Assembly: GCF_000260965.1 (NCBI RefSeq)
Contig: NC_017856.1
Coordinates: 1,740,001-1,772,000 of the forward strand
Direction: 5' to 3'
DNA from: Methylophaga frappieri
Lineage (GTDB): Bacteria; Pseudomonadota; Gammaproteobacteria; Nitrosococcales; Methylophagaceae
DNA: 32,000 nucleotides
Below the pieces are notes generated by a model. It had not been told where the DNA came from, ran no database searches, and worked only from the letters and a program-made list of their open reading frames with translations. Positions 10,369 through 19,928 of this stretch are shown one piece after another. The translations under genes and the position numbers were made by a program. How positions within the stretch are numbered: position 1 is the stretch's first letter; each line of letters opens with the position of its first letter.

Positions 10369-10887
10369 CTAATTACGTTTTTTGTGGCCTTCACGAAGGT
10401 GTTGCAGACTCTCGCCAGCGAGGCTACCGCCTTCAATTTGGTAAGCTTTGCCAAATCCTTTGACGTATCGCCCCCCTTCAGGTTGTAATCGAAATAACCG
10501 AAAATCACTCAACTGGCTGAGGCTCTCAATTCGCTGACCATGACGCGCTTGCAGAACCCGGATACCGGTTTGCCAGTCTGCACTGTCTGGAGCCAATAAA
10601 CTCGCTCGTACACGATAAAAAACGCGAACACGGGCAAATAACTCTGCCGCTGAGGACTCATCCTCAATGATAAGCACAGATGCTTGCGGGTTGGCACGCA
10701 AATTTCTGCCATGAACCGCAATATCACTTATCAATACATATAAATGACGCTCATCAAAGGCAAACGGCGCGTAAGACGCATATGGCAAGCCTTCCTCATC
10801 TAACGACGACAACATAAGGCTTTTACGGTCATCAACCAACGCCATGATTTCATTTTGTATACTGGTTTCCAGCCCTGCGTTATTCAT
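10369..10887 (-). CDS. hutZ: Haem utilisation protein HutZ/HugZ family (pyridoxamine-5'-phosphate-oxidase-like fold)
   Basis: 172 aa. YASYAPFAFDERHLYVLISDIAVHGRNLRANPQASVLIIEDE..., SQLSDFRLFRLQPEGGRYVKGFGKAYQI and LREGHKKRN align by eye with Vibrio HutZ. It overlaps the hutX stop by 4 nt. Confidence 0.8.
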   Translation of the reverse strand: MNNAGLETSIQNEIMALVDDRKSLMLSSLDEEGLPYASYAPFAFDERHLYVLISDIAVHGRNLRANPQASVLIIEDESSAAELFARVRVFYRVRASLLAPDSADWQTGIRVLQARHGQRIESLSQLSDFRLFRLQPEGGRYVKGFGKAYQIEGGSLAGESLQHLREGHKKRN

Positions 10888-11282
10888 GACAGACTCTCTT
10901 GGGAATAATGTTGTTGTAATGCTTTAAACCGGGTGACCTGACTATCAATCAGCTCCCCTGATTCTGTGCGGCCCAGAAAAATTTTAAATATCGTCTCTTG
11001 CTGGTCGTCTTCAAAGACAAATGCATAGCTCTCTCGGCCTCGGTGCGGTCTGTCTTGAAACTGTATTTTAGCCACTTTTTCCAGGTTAAGATGGCCATGA
11101 AAACCAGGCAATGGACCCGTCAGGTTATAAAAGCCATGCCCTTCCGAGCCAGATGGGAAGGGGCCTTTAAACTCAAAAACACTGCCGCCGTGAATGACAA
11201 TCGTGGTCACCCATGACCAATCGGCTATTTCGGTTAATAATGACGCTGCCTGTCGTCCCGGCATAAATCCTGTTGGTGCCAA
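10884..11282 (-). CDS. hutX: Haem utilisation cytosolic carrier HutX/ChuX family, short form
   Basis: 132 aa with a TTG start and GGAG 6 nt upstream. WVTTIVIHGGSVFEFKGPFPSG..GFYNL..GHL, RESYAFVF and FKIFLGR match the ChuX/HutX core. The frame is closed 8 codons upstream by the receptor stop codon. Confidence 0.75.
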   Translation of the reverse strand: MAPTGFMPGRQAASLLTEIADWSWVTTIVIHGGSVFEFKGPFPSGSEGHGFYNLTGPLPGFHGHLNLEKVAKIQFQDRPHRGRESYAFVFEDDQQETIFKIFLGRTESGELIDSQVTRFKALQQHYSQESLS

Positions 11283-11303
11283 ACTCTGCTCCTGCTCGGT
11301 CGA

Positions 11304-13340
11304 TCAAAAATCATATTTTACACTAAGCCGAACATCCCGGCCTGGCATAGCGAGTTGCTCAAACGCAACTGTATATTTTTGATCCGTCAGGTTATTGAGC
11401 GTCAAATCCACGGTTAGATTATCAAACTGCTGTGGTGTCCAACTGGCGTACATATCAAGCAACGTGTAGTGATCGTATTCAGCACTTTGAAAACTATTGG
11501 GCAAATGTGTCTGGCTTTCTACCCGACTCACTGTCAGGCCGGTCAGCAGACTATCAGCACGCCAGCTTTTATTTAAGTCCAAGACCCATTTATCCGCCGG
11601 GATATTAGTCAAGGCCTCACCTGTTTGCTCATTTTGAGCCCGTGTTTGCCCATAACTGACAAAGGCCTGCCATGACTGCCATTGATAACGCATGGCAAGT
11701 TCAAAGCCGACCAGTTTGGCTTCATCCACATTGCGGTTAAAAGTGGTACCGGCATTAACCGGAATCACCGATGGCGGACCGGGTGGGTTTGGCATGACAT
11801 TAAAAACCGGATCCGTCACAATCTGCTCAATAAAATTATCCACATCGTTATGAAAAGCCGCCGCGTGCCAGGTCAATGTGTCATTGTCATTAAAGATCGA
11901 ACGCATTTGATAATCGAGCAATAACTCAATATTTTGCGCTTCTTCTGGTTTCAGGCTCGGATCCGGTACAAAGCTGTTACAAAAACCGGGGAAAATACAA
12001 AAATGACTGCCCGTTGTGTACAGTTCTTCTGCTGTTGGCGCACGAAATGCCTCGTCATAACGGAACGTCAAGCGTAAATCCTCTGTCGGTAACCAGCTGA
12101 CCGCCGCTGAGGGTGAAAAGGCATTATCACTCCGATCCGCATCCAGATTATCTGCTTCAGTCGCAAAATAGTCGTAACGCGCGCCCAATTCCAGCAGCCA
12201 TTGCGTATTAAACGGTACTTGCACATTGGCAAACACGCCCCATACATCCGTAGTTGCCTCCGGTGGCGCCGGACGGTTCATGCCGCCGCGATCAGAAGTG
12301 AACTTGTCCTGATAGCCATCAATTCCGTACAAAAGTTGCACCTTGCCCAACTGACTCAGATTATTGAGATTCATCCCTAAGGTTCGTATCTCGGTATTGT
12401 CGCTGCGACCATCGCTAACACGACGCTCGTCCATTCTGGTCTCATTCCAATACAGCTTCAGGTTGCTGTTTATCCAGTCACTATCCGGGTTAAATTGATA
12501 ATCAACTGAAGCATGATTGGTAATATTGCGACGTTCAATCAGGAAATTGGATGTCGTTGTTGGCACCGCAGAGCCATTACTGGGCACAGAACCATCGGTG
12601 TTCGAAGTCCGGAAATTAAATGTTGCCGTTTGCGCCGAATCAATAAACCAGTCCATTTTGGCCAGCATGCCGCGATCTCTGACGGCAGAGTCGGTTAACG
12701 TGTCACCGCCCCCAATTTCCAGATCATCACCATCACGATAAAATCCCGATACCAGCAAGTCAACATCACCATAACGCCCTGCCAGCGCGGCCGTCGTTAA
12801 CCATTTGTCATTATTGCTGTTAAAACCTTGTTTAATAAAACCACCAAAAGATTCGCCTGCATCCAGTAAATCAGCAGCGTGGATGGTATTGCTGGAAACC
12901 ACGCCACCGAGTGCGCCCGATCCCCACAATGAGCTAACCGGGCCTTTTATGACTTCAACGTTTTGCAATAACGCGGGATCCAAGAAATAAGTTGGCCGGT
13001 GACCAGAAAAAAAGTTCTGGCGAACGCCATCAACCAGTTGCAGAACGCGATTATCCCCTAAGCCACGAATATTGACATTTTGCACATCTTCTCGTGGTCC
13101 GCCACGCAGACTGACATTGGCCAGCTTAGATACCGTTTCCGGCACAGATTGCGCTTGCAGTCGGTCTAGCGCATCTTGTTCAACCAAATCGACATGCCGT
13201 GTTAGCCAAGCCTCACTATCTGCTCTTATTGCGGTAATTTTCATGTCCTCCAATGCAATGGTTTCCGTGGCTTGCACGGATGTAATGGGCAGTAATGCGG
13301 CAATCAGTACTGATAGTCTGTTACGGGTTAAGAGATGCAT
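11304..13340 (-). CDS. TonB-dependent haem/haemoglobin outer-membrane receptor
   Basis: Signal peptide MHLLTRNRLSVLIAALLPITSVQA. TonB-box-like ETIALEDMKITA. Plug motif NVNIRGLGDNRVLQLVDGVRQN. Haem-receptor FRAP / H / NPNL-type boxes: EAFRAPTAEELYTTGSHFCIF...VPDPSLKPEEA. C-terminal ...RLSVKYDF. The track ORF opens at GTG 13367. The ATG at 13340 gives a normal signal peptide. Confidence 0.85.
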   Translation of the reverse strand: MHLLTRNRLSVLIAALLPITSVQATETIALEDMKITAIRADSEAWLTRHVDLVEQDALDRLQAQSVPETVSKLANVSLRGGPREDVQNVNIRGLGDNRVLQLVDGVRQNFFSGHRPTYFLDPALLQNVEVIKGPVSSLWGSGALGGVVSSNTIHAADLLDAGESFGGFIKQGFNSNNDKWLTTAALAGRYGDVDLLVSGFYRDGDDLEIGGGDTLTDSAVRDRGMLAKMDWFIDSAQTATFNFRTSNTDGSVPSNGSAVPTTTSNFLIERRNITNHASVDYQFNPDSDWINSNLKLYWNETRMDERRVSDGRSDNTEIRTLGMNLNNLSQLGKVQLLYGIDGYQDKFTSDRGGMNRPAPPEATTDVWGVFANVQVPFNTQWLLELGARYDYFATEADNLDADRSDNAFSPSAAVSWLPTEDLRLTFRYDEAFRAPTAEELYTTGSHFCIFPGFCNSFVPDPSLKPEEAQNIELLLDYQMRSIFNDNDTLTWHAAAFHNDVDNFIEQIVTDPVFNVMPNPPGPPSVIPVNAGTTFNRNVDEAKLVGFELAMRYQWQSWQAFVSYGQTRAQNEQTGEALTNIPADKWVLDLNKSWRADSLLTGLTVSRVESQTHLPNSFQSAEYDHYTLLDMYASWTPQQFDNLTVDLTLNNLTDQKYTVAFEQLAMPGRDVRLSVKYDF

Positions 13341-13386
13341 TGGCTTAATTCTCGCAAGGTTATCCACAAATAAATTGATTCTAACT

Positions 13387-13405
13387 GATAATAATTGTTA
13401 TTTTC
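13387..13405. promoter_or_regulatory. Candidate Fur box in the divergent receptor / hutB promoter region
   Basis: GATAATAATTGTTATTTTC matches the 19-bp consensus GATAATGATAATCATTATC at 14 of 19 positions (my count). It lies between two divergent haem-uptake operons. Confidence 0.55.
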
Positions 13406-13479
13406 ATTATTTACCAACTATTTTTACTCACCGCTTTTTGTCGTAAACTGCTGCGTATTGCCTCCCAGAAAAAACAGTG

Positions 13480-14334
13480 ATGTCACCTATGCTCAAAAAA
13501 CTTATCTTGCTGATAACGCTATTTATCCCGCTATACAGTCATGCTGATGTGACATCCTTGGCGCCAAGAATTGTCAGTGTTGACAGTAATGCCACGGAAA
13601 TTCTGCTTGCCCTTGAACTGGGGGATCATATTGTTGCAACCGACATCACCAGTCAGTCGTTATTGCCCTCAGCGGTTGACAATCTTGGCTACCATCGAAC
13701 CCTTTCCGCAGAAGGTCTGCTACAAACCAATGCTGACTGGGTGATTGGCAGTGATCATATGGGGCCACCTGAAACACTGCGCCTGTTAGAAAAGGCCCCT
13801 TTAAAACTGGTGCAACTGGCCAGTCCAACCAGCCTTGACGCATTGTCTGGCAATGTCATGCAGCTTGGTACGATGCTGGCGCGAGAAGATCTGGCAAAGG
13901 CATTGGTTACCGATATTGCTCAGCGGCAGAAAAAACTGGCTGATACCAATTCGAGTCATCAATTACGTATGGTCTTTTTGCTGGATCTAGGCGATCGTGG
14001 TCTGTCACAGGCTGGTACAGGTACAACGGCCGCTGCCTTGATTACCTTACTCAATGGCAACAATATCAGTACTTTTTCAGGCTACCAATCTGTCTCCATT
14101 GAAGCCCTACTCAGCGCTAACCCGGATGTCATTCTGATCGGTCAGCGTGCCGATGGAGAGCTGGATCCTGCGAATCTATTAGAACGTTACCCTTTGCTGG
14201 AGAATACCCGTGCCGGTACTCAGCAACAGATTATTGGCATCAACGCTGCCAAACTCATCGCCGGCCTGAGCCTTGGCGCTCTGGATGAAGCCTTGCGAGT
14301 TAGCGCATTGCTGTCTGCTAGCCGCTCGCCTTAA
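13480..14334 (+). CDS. hutB: Haemin ABC transporter periplasmic substrate-binding protein
   Basis: About 284 aa with signal peptide (M)MSPMLKKLILLITLFIPLYSHA. Class III periplasmic-binding-protein pattern: RIVSVDSNATEILLALELGDHIVA...DVILIG. It is followed by the cognate permease and ATPase. The start is ambiguous (GTG 13477, ATG 13480 or ATG 13489). Confidence 0.85.
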   Translation: MSPMLKKLILLITLFIPLYSHADVTSLAPRIVSVDSNATEILLALELGDHIVATDITSQSLLPSAVDNLGYHRTLSAEGLLQTNADWVIGSDHMGPPETLRLLEKAPLKLVQLASPTSLDALSGNVMQLGTMLAREDLAKALVTDIAQRQKKLADTNSSHQLRMVFLLDLGDRGLSQAGTGTTAAALITLLNGNNISTFSGYQSVSIEALLSANPDVILIGQRADGELDPANLLERYPLLENTRAGTQQQIIGINAAKLIAGLSLGALDEALRVSALLSASRSP

Positions 14335-14340
14335 TCCATC

Positions 14341-15384
14341 ATGTACTTTTCCGGCGTGTTTGTTGTCAGACTGGTCTGGCTGGCAATGCTGATTTTGCTG
14401 ATTTTCGGGGTTTTGCTGTCTATCACCTCAGGTCCGATGGCGTTACCCGCCGACCAAAGTCTGCTGACCTTGTGGGATGCGCTGTTTGGTTCGTCGTTTT
14501 CCGGACTGGAAGGTTATCAACAATTGGTGATCACCGACATTCGCTGGCCACGAACGTTACTGGCATTGTTTGTTGGTGCCCTATTGGCGTTGTGTGGTGC
14601 CGTAACACAAGGCTTGTTCCGAAATCCGCTGGCTGATCCAGGCATTATTGGCGTTTCTTCCGGTGCGGGTTTAGGCGCTGCGATTGCCATCGTCTTGTTA
14701 CCGGCCTCACTGGCAACCATTCTCACGCCGGTTTCGGCCTTTTTGGGTGGCCTGGTAACAACCTTGCTGGTTTACCGATTGGCCAAATCTCAATATGGGT
14801 CAACCTCGGTTTTGATTCTCTTATTAGCAGGGGTTGCCGTTGCCGCTTTCACCGGTGCGGTAGTCGGATTTTTAACTTTTATCGCCAATGATCAAGCTCT
14901 GCGTGATCTCACACTTTGGGGGATGGGCTCGCTTAACGGGGCATCAACTTTAATGCTCTGGCTTACTGGCCTGACCAGCTTGGTACTTTTTGTTATCTAT
15001 CATCATCACGCTGCGTCACTGAATGCCTTGTTGATTGGTGAAGCAGAAGCTGAGCACCTGGGCATTGATACCGAAAAGCTAAAAAGACGACTCATCGTCA
15101 TCACGGCGGTGGGCGTCGGTGTTGCTGTCTCAGCATCCGGTATTATTGGATTTATTGGACTGGTGATACCGCATTTGATTCGAATGAGTCTGGGGCCGGA
15201 TCACCGTCTTTTACTGCCACTCTCTGCCCTTGCAGGGGCTGGATTACTGCTTATGGCCGATATTGGTGCCAGAGTCTGGATGGCACCCGCTGAATTACCG
15301 GTCGGCCTGGTTACGGCCTTATTAGGAGCACCATTTTTCGTGTTCCTGCTATTGCAGCAACGTCAGCGGTTGAGTGCGCTTTAA
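14341..15384 (+). CDS. hutC: Haemin ABC transporter permease (FecCD family)
   Basis: 347 aa, polytopic. RWPRTLLALFVGALLALCGAVTQGLFRNPLADPGIIGVSSGAGLGA and PVGLVTALLGAPFFVFLLL are FecCD hallmarks. Confidence 0.9.
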   Translation: MYFSGVFVVRLVWLAMLILLIFGVLLSITSGPMALPADQSLLTLWDALFGSSFSGLEGYQQLVITDIRWPRTLLALFVGALLALCGAVTQGLFRNPLADPGIIGVSSGAGLGAAIAIVLLPASLATILTPVSAFLGGLVTTLLVYRLAKSQYGSTSVLILLLAGVAVAAFTGAVVGFLTFIANDQALRDLTLWGMGSLNGASTLMLWLTGLTSLVLFVIYHHHAASLNALLIGEAEAEHLGIDTEKLKRRLIVITAVGVGVAVSASGIIGFIGLVIPHLIRMSLGPDHRLLLPLSALAGAGLLLMADIGARVWMAPAELPVGLVTALLGAPFFVFLLLQQRQRLSAL

Positions 15385-15386
15385 TC

Positions 15387-16154
15387 ATGGCTTTGCTGGA
15401 TATTCATAATTTGCACCTGCAACGAAGCAGCAAAACGATTCTGCATATTGAGCAGGCCAGTCTAAATACGGCTGAAATTGTCGCCGTGCTGGGTCCTAAC
15501 GGCGCGGGTAAATCCAGTCTGTTAAAAATATTGGCGTCGCAATGGCAGCCAGAGAGTGGTCACATTCTATTCCACAATACCCCACTACAGACTTTGACTC
15601 GACGCGATCGCGCCCAGCATATTGGTGTCTTACCACAAAGCAGTGAGCTGAATTTCCCTTTTCGCGCACAAGAAGTCGTGGCGATTGGCGCCACGCCGCT
15701 TTCCATGGATAAACACACTATCGATCAACAAACCCGGCATTGGATGCAAAAAACGGCCACGCTGACATTGGCTGACCGCCTGTATACCAGCCTGTCTGGA
15801 GGGGAGCGCCAACGGGTGCAACTTGCCCGCGTATTGTTACAAATCTCAATGGCAACACGAGCGCCTTTATTGTTGCTTGATGAACCGACCTCGGCACAGG
15901 ATCTGGGTCAACAACATGACTTGCTGGCGATGTTGCGCGAGCTCACTCAACAGCAACAGGCCACCATTCTGATGATTATGCATGACCTTAATCTGGCGGG
16001 ACGTTATGCCGATCAGATCTGGTTGTTAAATCAAGGTAAGATGGTTGCATCTGGCCGCCCTGATGCGATATTGCATCCAGACCGGGTGAAATCTGTTTGG
16101 GGTTATTACCCTGAGGTTCTGCAGTCGAGGGATGGTCGTCAGGTATTAGTCTGA
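15387..16154 (+). CDS. hutD: Haemin ABC transporter ATP-binding protein
   Basis: 255 aa. Walker A GPNGAGKSS, signature LSGGERQRVQLAR, Walker B LLLLDEPTS, H-loop MIMHDLN. It starts 2 nt after the permease stop. Confidence 0.9.
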   Translation: MALLDIHNLHLQRSSKTILHIEQASLNTAEIVAVLGPNGAGKSSLLKILASQWQPESGHILFHNTPLQTLTRRDRAQHIGVLPQSSELNFPFRAQEVVAIGATPLSMDKHTIDQQTRHWMQKTATLTLADRLYTSLSGGERQRVQLARVLLQISMATRAPLLLLDEPTSAQDLGQQHDLLAMLRELTQQQQATILMIMHDLNLAGRYADQIWLLNQGKMVASGRPDAILHPDRVKSVWGYYPEVLQSRDGRQVLV

Positions 16155-16167
16155 ACATCTCATCTCA

Positions 16168-17963
16168 ATGACGGGCACTATGACCACTGAGAATAACTAC
16201 GATTTAACCGGCATCCTGCGCCAAGCGCTGCATTTTAAAAAACATTTGGTCAAAGCGAATCTTATCGCCATTATCGCCACACTCTGTGCCGTACCGGTGC
16301 CGTTATTGCTGCCATTAATGGTGGATGAAGTACTGCTGGATCAGCCCGGTCCCACCGTTAGCTTTATCAACCAATTCACCCCGGAACTCTGGCATGGTCC
16401 GGTGCTTTATATCCTGGCAGTACTGCTTTTGACCCTAATACTGCGCATTGCCGCTTTAATTCTCAACGTTGTGCAGTCCCGCTATTTCACACTTATTGCC
16501 AAACGCATTACCTTTCGGATACGACAAAAACTGATTCATCGCCTTGGTCGGATTGCCATCAGTGAATATGAAAGCCGGGGCAGTGGCAGTATTGCCTCGC
16601 ATTTCATCACGGATATTGAAGTCATTGATAACTTTATCGGTAATACGGTGAGCCGTTTTGTGGTCGCTGTATTAAGTATTATTGGCACGGCGCTGATTTT
16701 ACTGTTTTTGCACTGGCAGCTTGCCCTGTTAATTTTATTAATGAACCCGTTGGTTATCTACTTCACGATGGTGGTGGGGAAACGGGTCAAGCAATTGAAA
16801 AAAAGGAAAATTCGGCTTTTGAGATTTTCCAGCAAAGTTTGACCGAAACACTGGATGCCATCGCCCAGATCCGAGTAGCCAACCGGGAGAAGCATTACCT
16901 GCAGCGCATCATCGACCACGCCCGGCAAGTGCGTCGACATGCCGCTGACTTTGCCTGGAAAAGTGAAGCAGCCAATCGATTTTCTTTTGTTATTTTCTTG
17001 TTTGGCTTCGATGTATTTCGAGCGGTTAGCATGTTTATGGTGGTGTTCTCCGATCTATCCATTGGCCAGATGTTCGCCGTATTTGGCTATCTCTGGTTCA
17101 TGATGACGCCCGTGCAGGAAATTCTGAATATCCAATATGCTTTTTATGCCGCACAAGCTGCTGTATCCAGACTGAATAATTTGTTTAATCTACAGCAGGA
17201 GCAACAGTTTCAGGCGCATCGTAATCCGTTTGTACCCGGCAAGGCTTGTGATATTCACGTTGAAAATCTGCACTTTGGCTATTTGCGCGACGAAAAAATT
17301 CTGAACGGCGTTTCACTGCGTATCAACGCCGGCGAGAAAGTCGCGCTGGTCGGGGCCAGTGGCGCCGGCAAATCGACTTTGGTTAATGTCTTACTGGGCT
17401 TGTATCCGGCAGATCAGGGCATGGTTTATTTTAATGGGATACCTGTCAGTGATATTGGACTACCGACGGTGCGGGAGCACGTCGCCACCGTGTTACAAAG
17501 TCCCGCCCTGTTTAATGACAGTGTCAGACAAAATATCACGCTTGGCCGCCCCAGCAGTGACGAGCAAGTCTGGTCCGCTTTGCGTATCGCACAGCTGGAA
17601 TCGATCATTCGCAAAATGCCCGAACAACTCGACACCTTGGTGGGCAGAGATGGCGTCAAATTGTCGGGTGGTCAGCGACAAAGACTCGCCATCGCTCGTA
17701 TGGCATTGATAAACCCCAGCGTTGTCGTATTGGATGAAGCAACCTCTGCACTGGATAGCGACACAGAATCACAACTCCATGAAGCCCTTGCTGATTACCT
17801 ATCTGACCGGACAACCATTATTATCGCGCACCGCCTGAGCGCGGTGCGCCAGGCGGATCGGATTATTGTTTTCGATGGTGGCGACATCATTGCTGATGGC
17901 GACCACGATAGTTTGATAAAACAAGATCAACTGTATCGAAAACTCTATGCCCGACAGGTCTAG
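16168..17963 (+). pseudogene. MsbA-like type-I ABC exporter (fused TMD-NBD) interrupted by a -1 frameshift in an A7 run
   Basis: The two track ORFs (16168-16842 and 16839-17963) are the two halves of one exporter. The frame-1 product becomes nonsense after ...VGKRVKQLKK (RKIRLLRFSSKV*). The frame-3 (phase of ORF 16839) product reads ...KENSAFEIFQQSLTETLDAIAQIRVANRE straight out of the A-run at 16798-16804. One extra A would restore a single ORF of about 598 aa. NBD motifs: GASGAGKST, LSGGQRQRLAIAR, VVVLDEATSALD. Confidence 0.8.
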
Positions 17964-19813
17964 CGTCGTTTGAGCTGGTCCACATCCCGAACGGCACCTT
18001 TAGCCGCAGAGGTCGTTAATGCGGCATAAGCCTGCAGTGCCAGACTAACTTTGCGTTGGCGTGAGACGGGCTTCCAGGCCTGCTCCCCTCGCGTTTCCAT
18101 TTTTGCACGCCGATGGGCCAGTTCTTCATTGGTCAAATCAACATTAATGGTGCGGTTGGGGATGTCAATGTGAATGATGTCGCCTTCCTCAACTAACCCA
18201 ATATTGCCGCCTTCTGCCGCTTCTGGTGAGGCATGACCGATGGATAGGCCTGAGGTGCCCCCGGAAAAGCGGCCGTCTGTTAATAATGCACAGGATTTGC
18301 CCAGCCCTTTAGATTTTAGATAACTGGTTGGATACAACATTTCTTGCATTCCAGGGCCACCTTTCGGGCCTTCAAAGCGAATCAGGACGACATCACCGGC
18401 AACGATTTGCTCGGTCAAGATGGCCGTTACGGCGGCATCCTGAGATTCAAAAATCCGTGCCGGACCTGAAAACTTGAGAATCGAATCATCGACACCAGCC
18501 GTTTTCACAATGCAGCCTTCTTCTGCAATATTGCCGTAAAGTACTGCCAAGCCACCATCCTGACTGTAAGCGTGCGATATCTGACGGATACAGCCATTTT
18601 CACGATCCAGATCCAACTCTGGCCAGCGACAGTCCTGACTAAATGCCGTCTGGGTTGGTATACCTGCTGGTCCCGCAGAATAACGTTTATGCGCGGCTTC
18701 ATTCTGATTACGACTCACATCCCATTGTTCCAAGCCGACCTGCATGGTTTTGCTATGTACTGTTGGGACATCAGTATGCAATAAGCCACCCGCTGCCAGC
18801 TCGGCCAAAATCCCAACAACACCACCGGCACGATGTACATCTTCCATGTGATATTTATTTGTTGCCGGGGCAACTTTACAGAGGTTGGGTATTTTACGAG
18901 ACATGCGGTCAATATCTGCCATGGTGAAATCCACTTCTGCCTCATTCGCCGCAGCCAATAAGTGCAACACTGTATTGGTCGACCCCCCCATGGCGATATC
19001 TAATGCAATAGCATTTTCAAAAGCGGCTTTACTAGCAATGGCTCTGGGCAAGACATCTGCTTCATCATTTTCGTAGTAACGTTTGGCCAAATCGACAATG
19101 CGGCGGCCTGCTTCCAGAAATAATTCGCGCCGATCGGCATGCGTGGCTAGCAATGAGCCATTGCCGGGCAAAGACAAACCCAACGCTTCGGTCAAACAGT
19201 TCATGGAGTTAGCGGTGAACATGCCTGAGCAGCTGCCACAGGTCGGGCAAGCACTACGCTCGACTTGTTCGACATCAGCATCACTGATCCGATCATCCGC
19301 TGCCTGCACCATGGCATCAACCAGATCCAGTTTGACATCTTTGCCGGCCAGCTTGGTTTTACCCGCCTCCATCGGCCCGCCAGATACAAATACTACTGGG
19401 ATATTCAGACGCATTGCCGCCATCAGCATGCCCGGGGTTATTTTGTCGCAATTGGAAATACAAACCAGCGCATCCGCACAATGCGCATTAACCATATATT
19501 CTACCGAGTCGGCAATAATTTCGCGTGACGGTAAACTGTAAAGCATGCCGCTGTGGCCCATGGCAATGCCATCGTCGACCGCAATGGTATTAAACTCTTT
19601 GGCAACGCCGCCCACAGACTCGATTTCACGCGCAACTAACTGGCCTAAATCTTTAAGATGGACATGCCCTGGCACAAACTGGGTAAATGAGTTGGCAATA
19701 GCAATAATGGGTTTATTGAAATCGTCATCTTTCATCCCCGTTGCCCGCCAAAGCGCTCGGGCGCCCGCCATGTTTCGGCCGGCCGTTGAGGTTTTAGAAC
19801 GATATTCAGGCAT
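17960..19813 (-). CDS. ilvD: Dihydroxy-acid dehydratase
   Basis: 617 aa: [53 protein letters not shown]...[12 protein letters not shown]...[17 protein letters not shown], the canonical IlvD pattern. Confidence 0.98.
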   Translation of the reverse strand: MPEYRSKTSTAGRNMAGARALWRATGMKDDDFNKPIIAIANSFTQFVPGHVHLKDLGQLVAREIESVGGVAKEFNTIAVDDGIAMGHSGMLYSLPSREIIADSVEYMVNAHCADALVCISNCDKITPGMLMAAMRLNIPVVFVSGGPMEAGKTKLAGKDVKLDLVDAMVQAADDRISDADVEQVERSACPTCGSCSGMFTANSMNCLTEALGLSLPGNGSLLATHADRRELFLEAGRRIVDLAKRYYENDEADVLPRAIASKAAFENAIALDIAMGGSTNTVLHLLAAANEAEVDFTMADIDRMSRKIPNLCKVAPATNKYHMEDVHRAGGVVGILAELAAGGLLHTDVPTVHSKTMQVGLEQWDVSRNQNEAAHKRYSAGPAGIPTQTAFSQDCRWPELDLDRENGCIRQISHAYSQDGGLAVLYGNIAEEGCIVKTAGVDDSILKFSGPARIFESQDAAVTAILTEQIVAGDVVLIRFEGPKGGPGMQEMLYPTSYLKSKGLGKSCALLTDGRFSGGTSGLSIGHASPEAAEGGNIGLVEEGDIIHIDIPNRTINVDLTNEELAHRRAKMETRGEQAWKPVSRQRKVSLALQAYAALTTSAAKGAVRDVDQLKRR

Positions 19814-19928
19814 TTTTACTCTCCACTGACTTTTTATACGTGCAAAAAAAAGCAGATTTGCACAAAATTACTTACTAATTTTACACGCAACTTGGCAAGC
19901 GTGCTGTTACTACGATAAAAAGGATCCT

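Noticed and set aside
19083-19541. 152-aa plus-strand ORF antisense to ilvD
   Set aside because: It lies entirely within the well-supported ilvD frame. It is Ser/Ala/Arg-rich with no motifs and is an antisense artefact.
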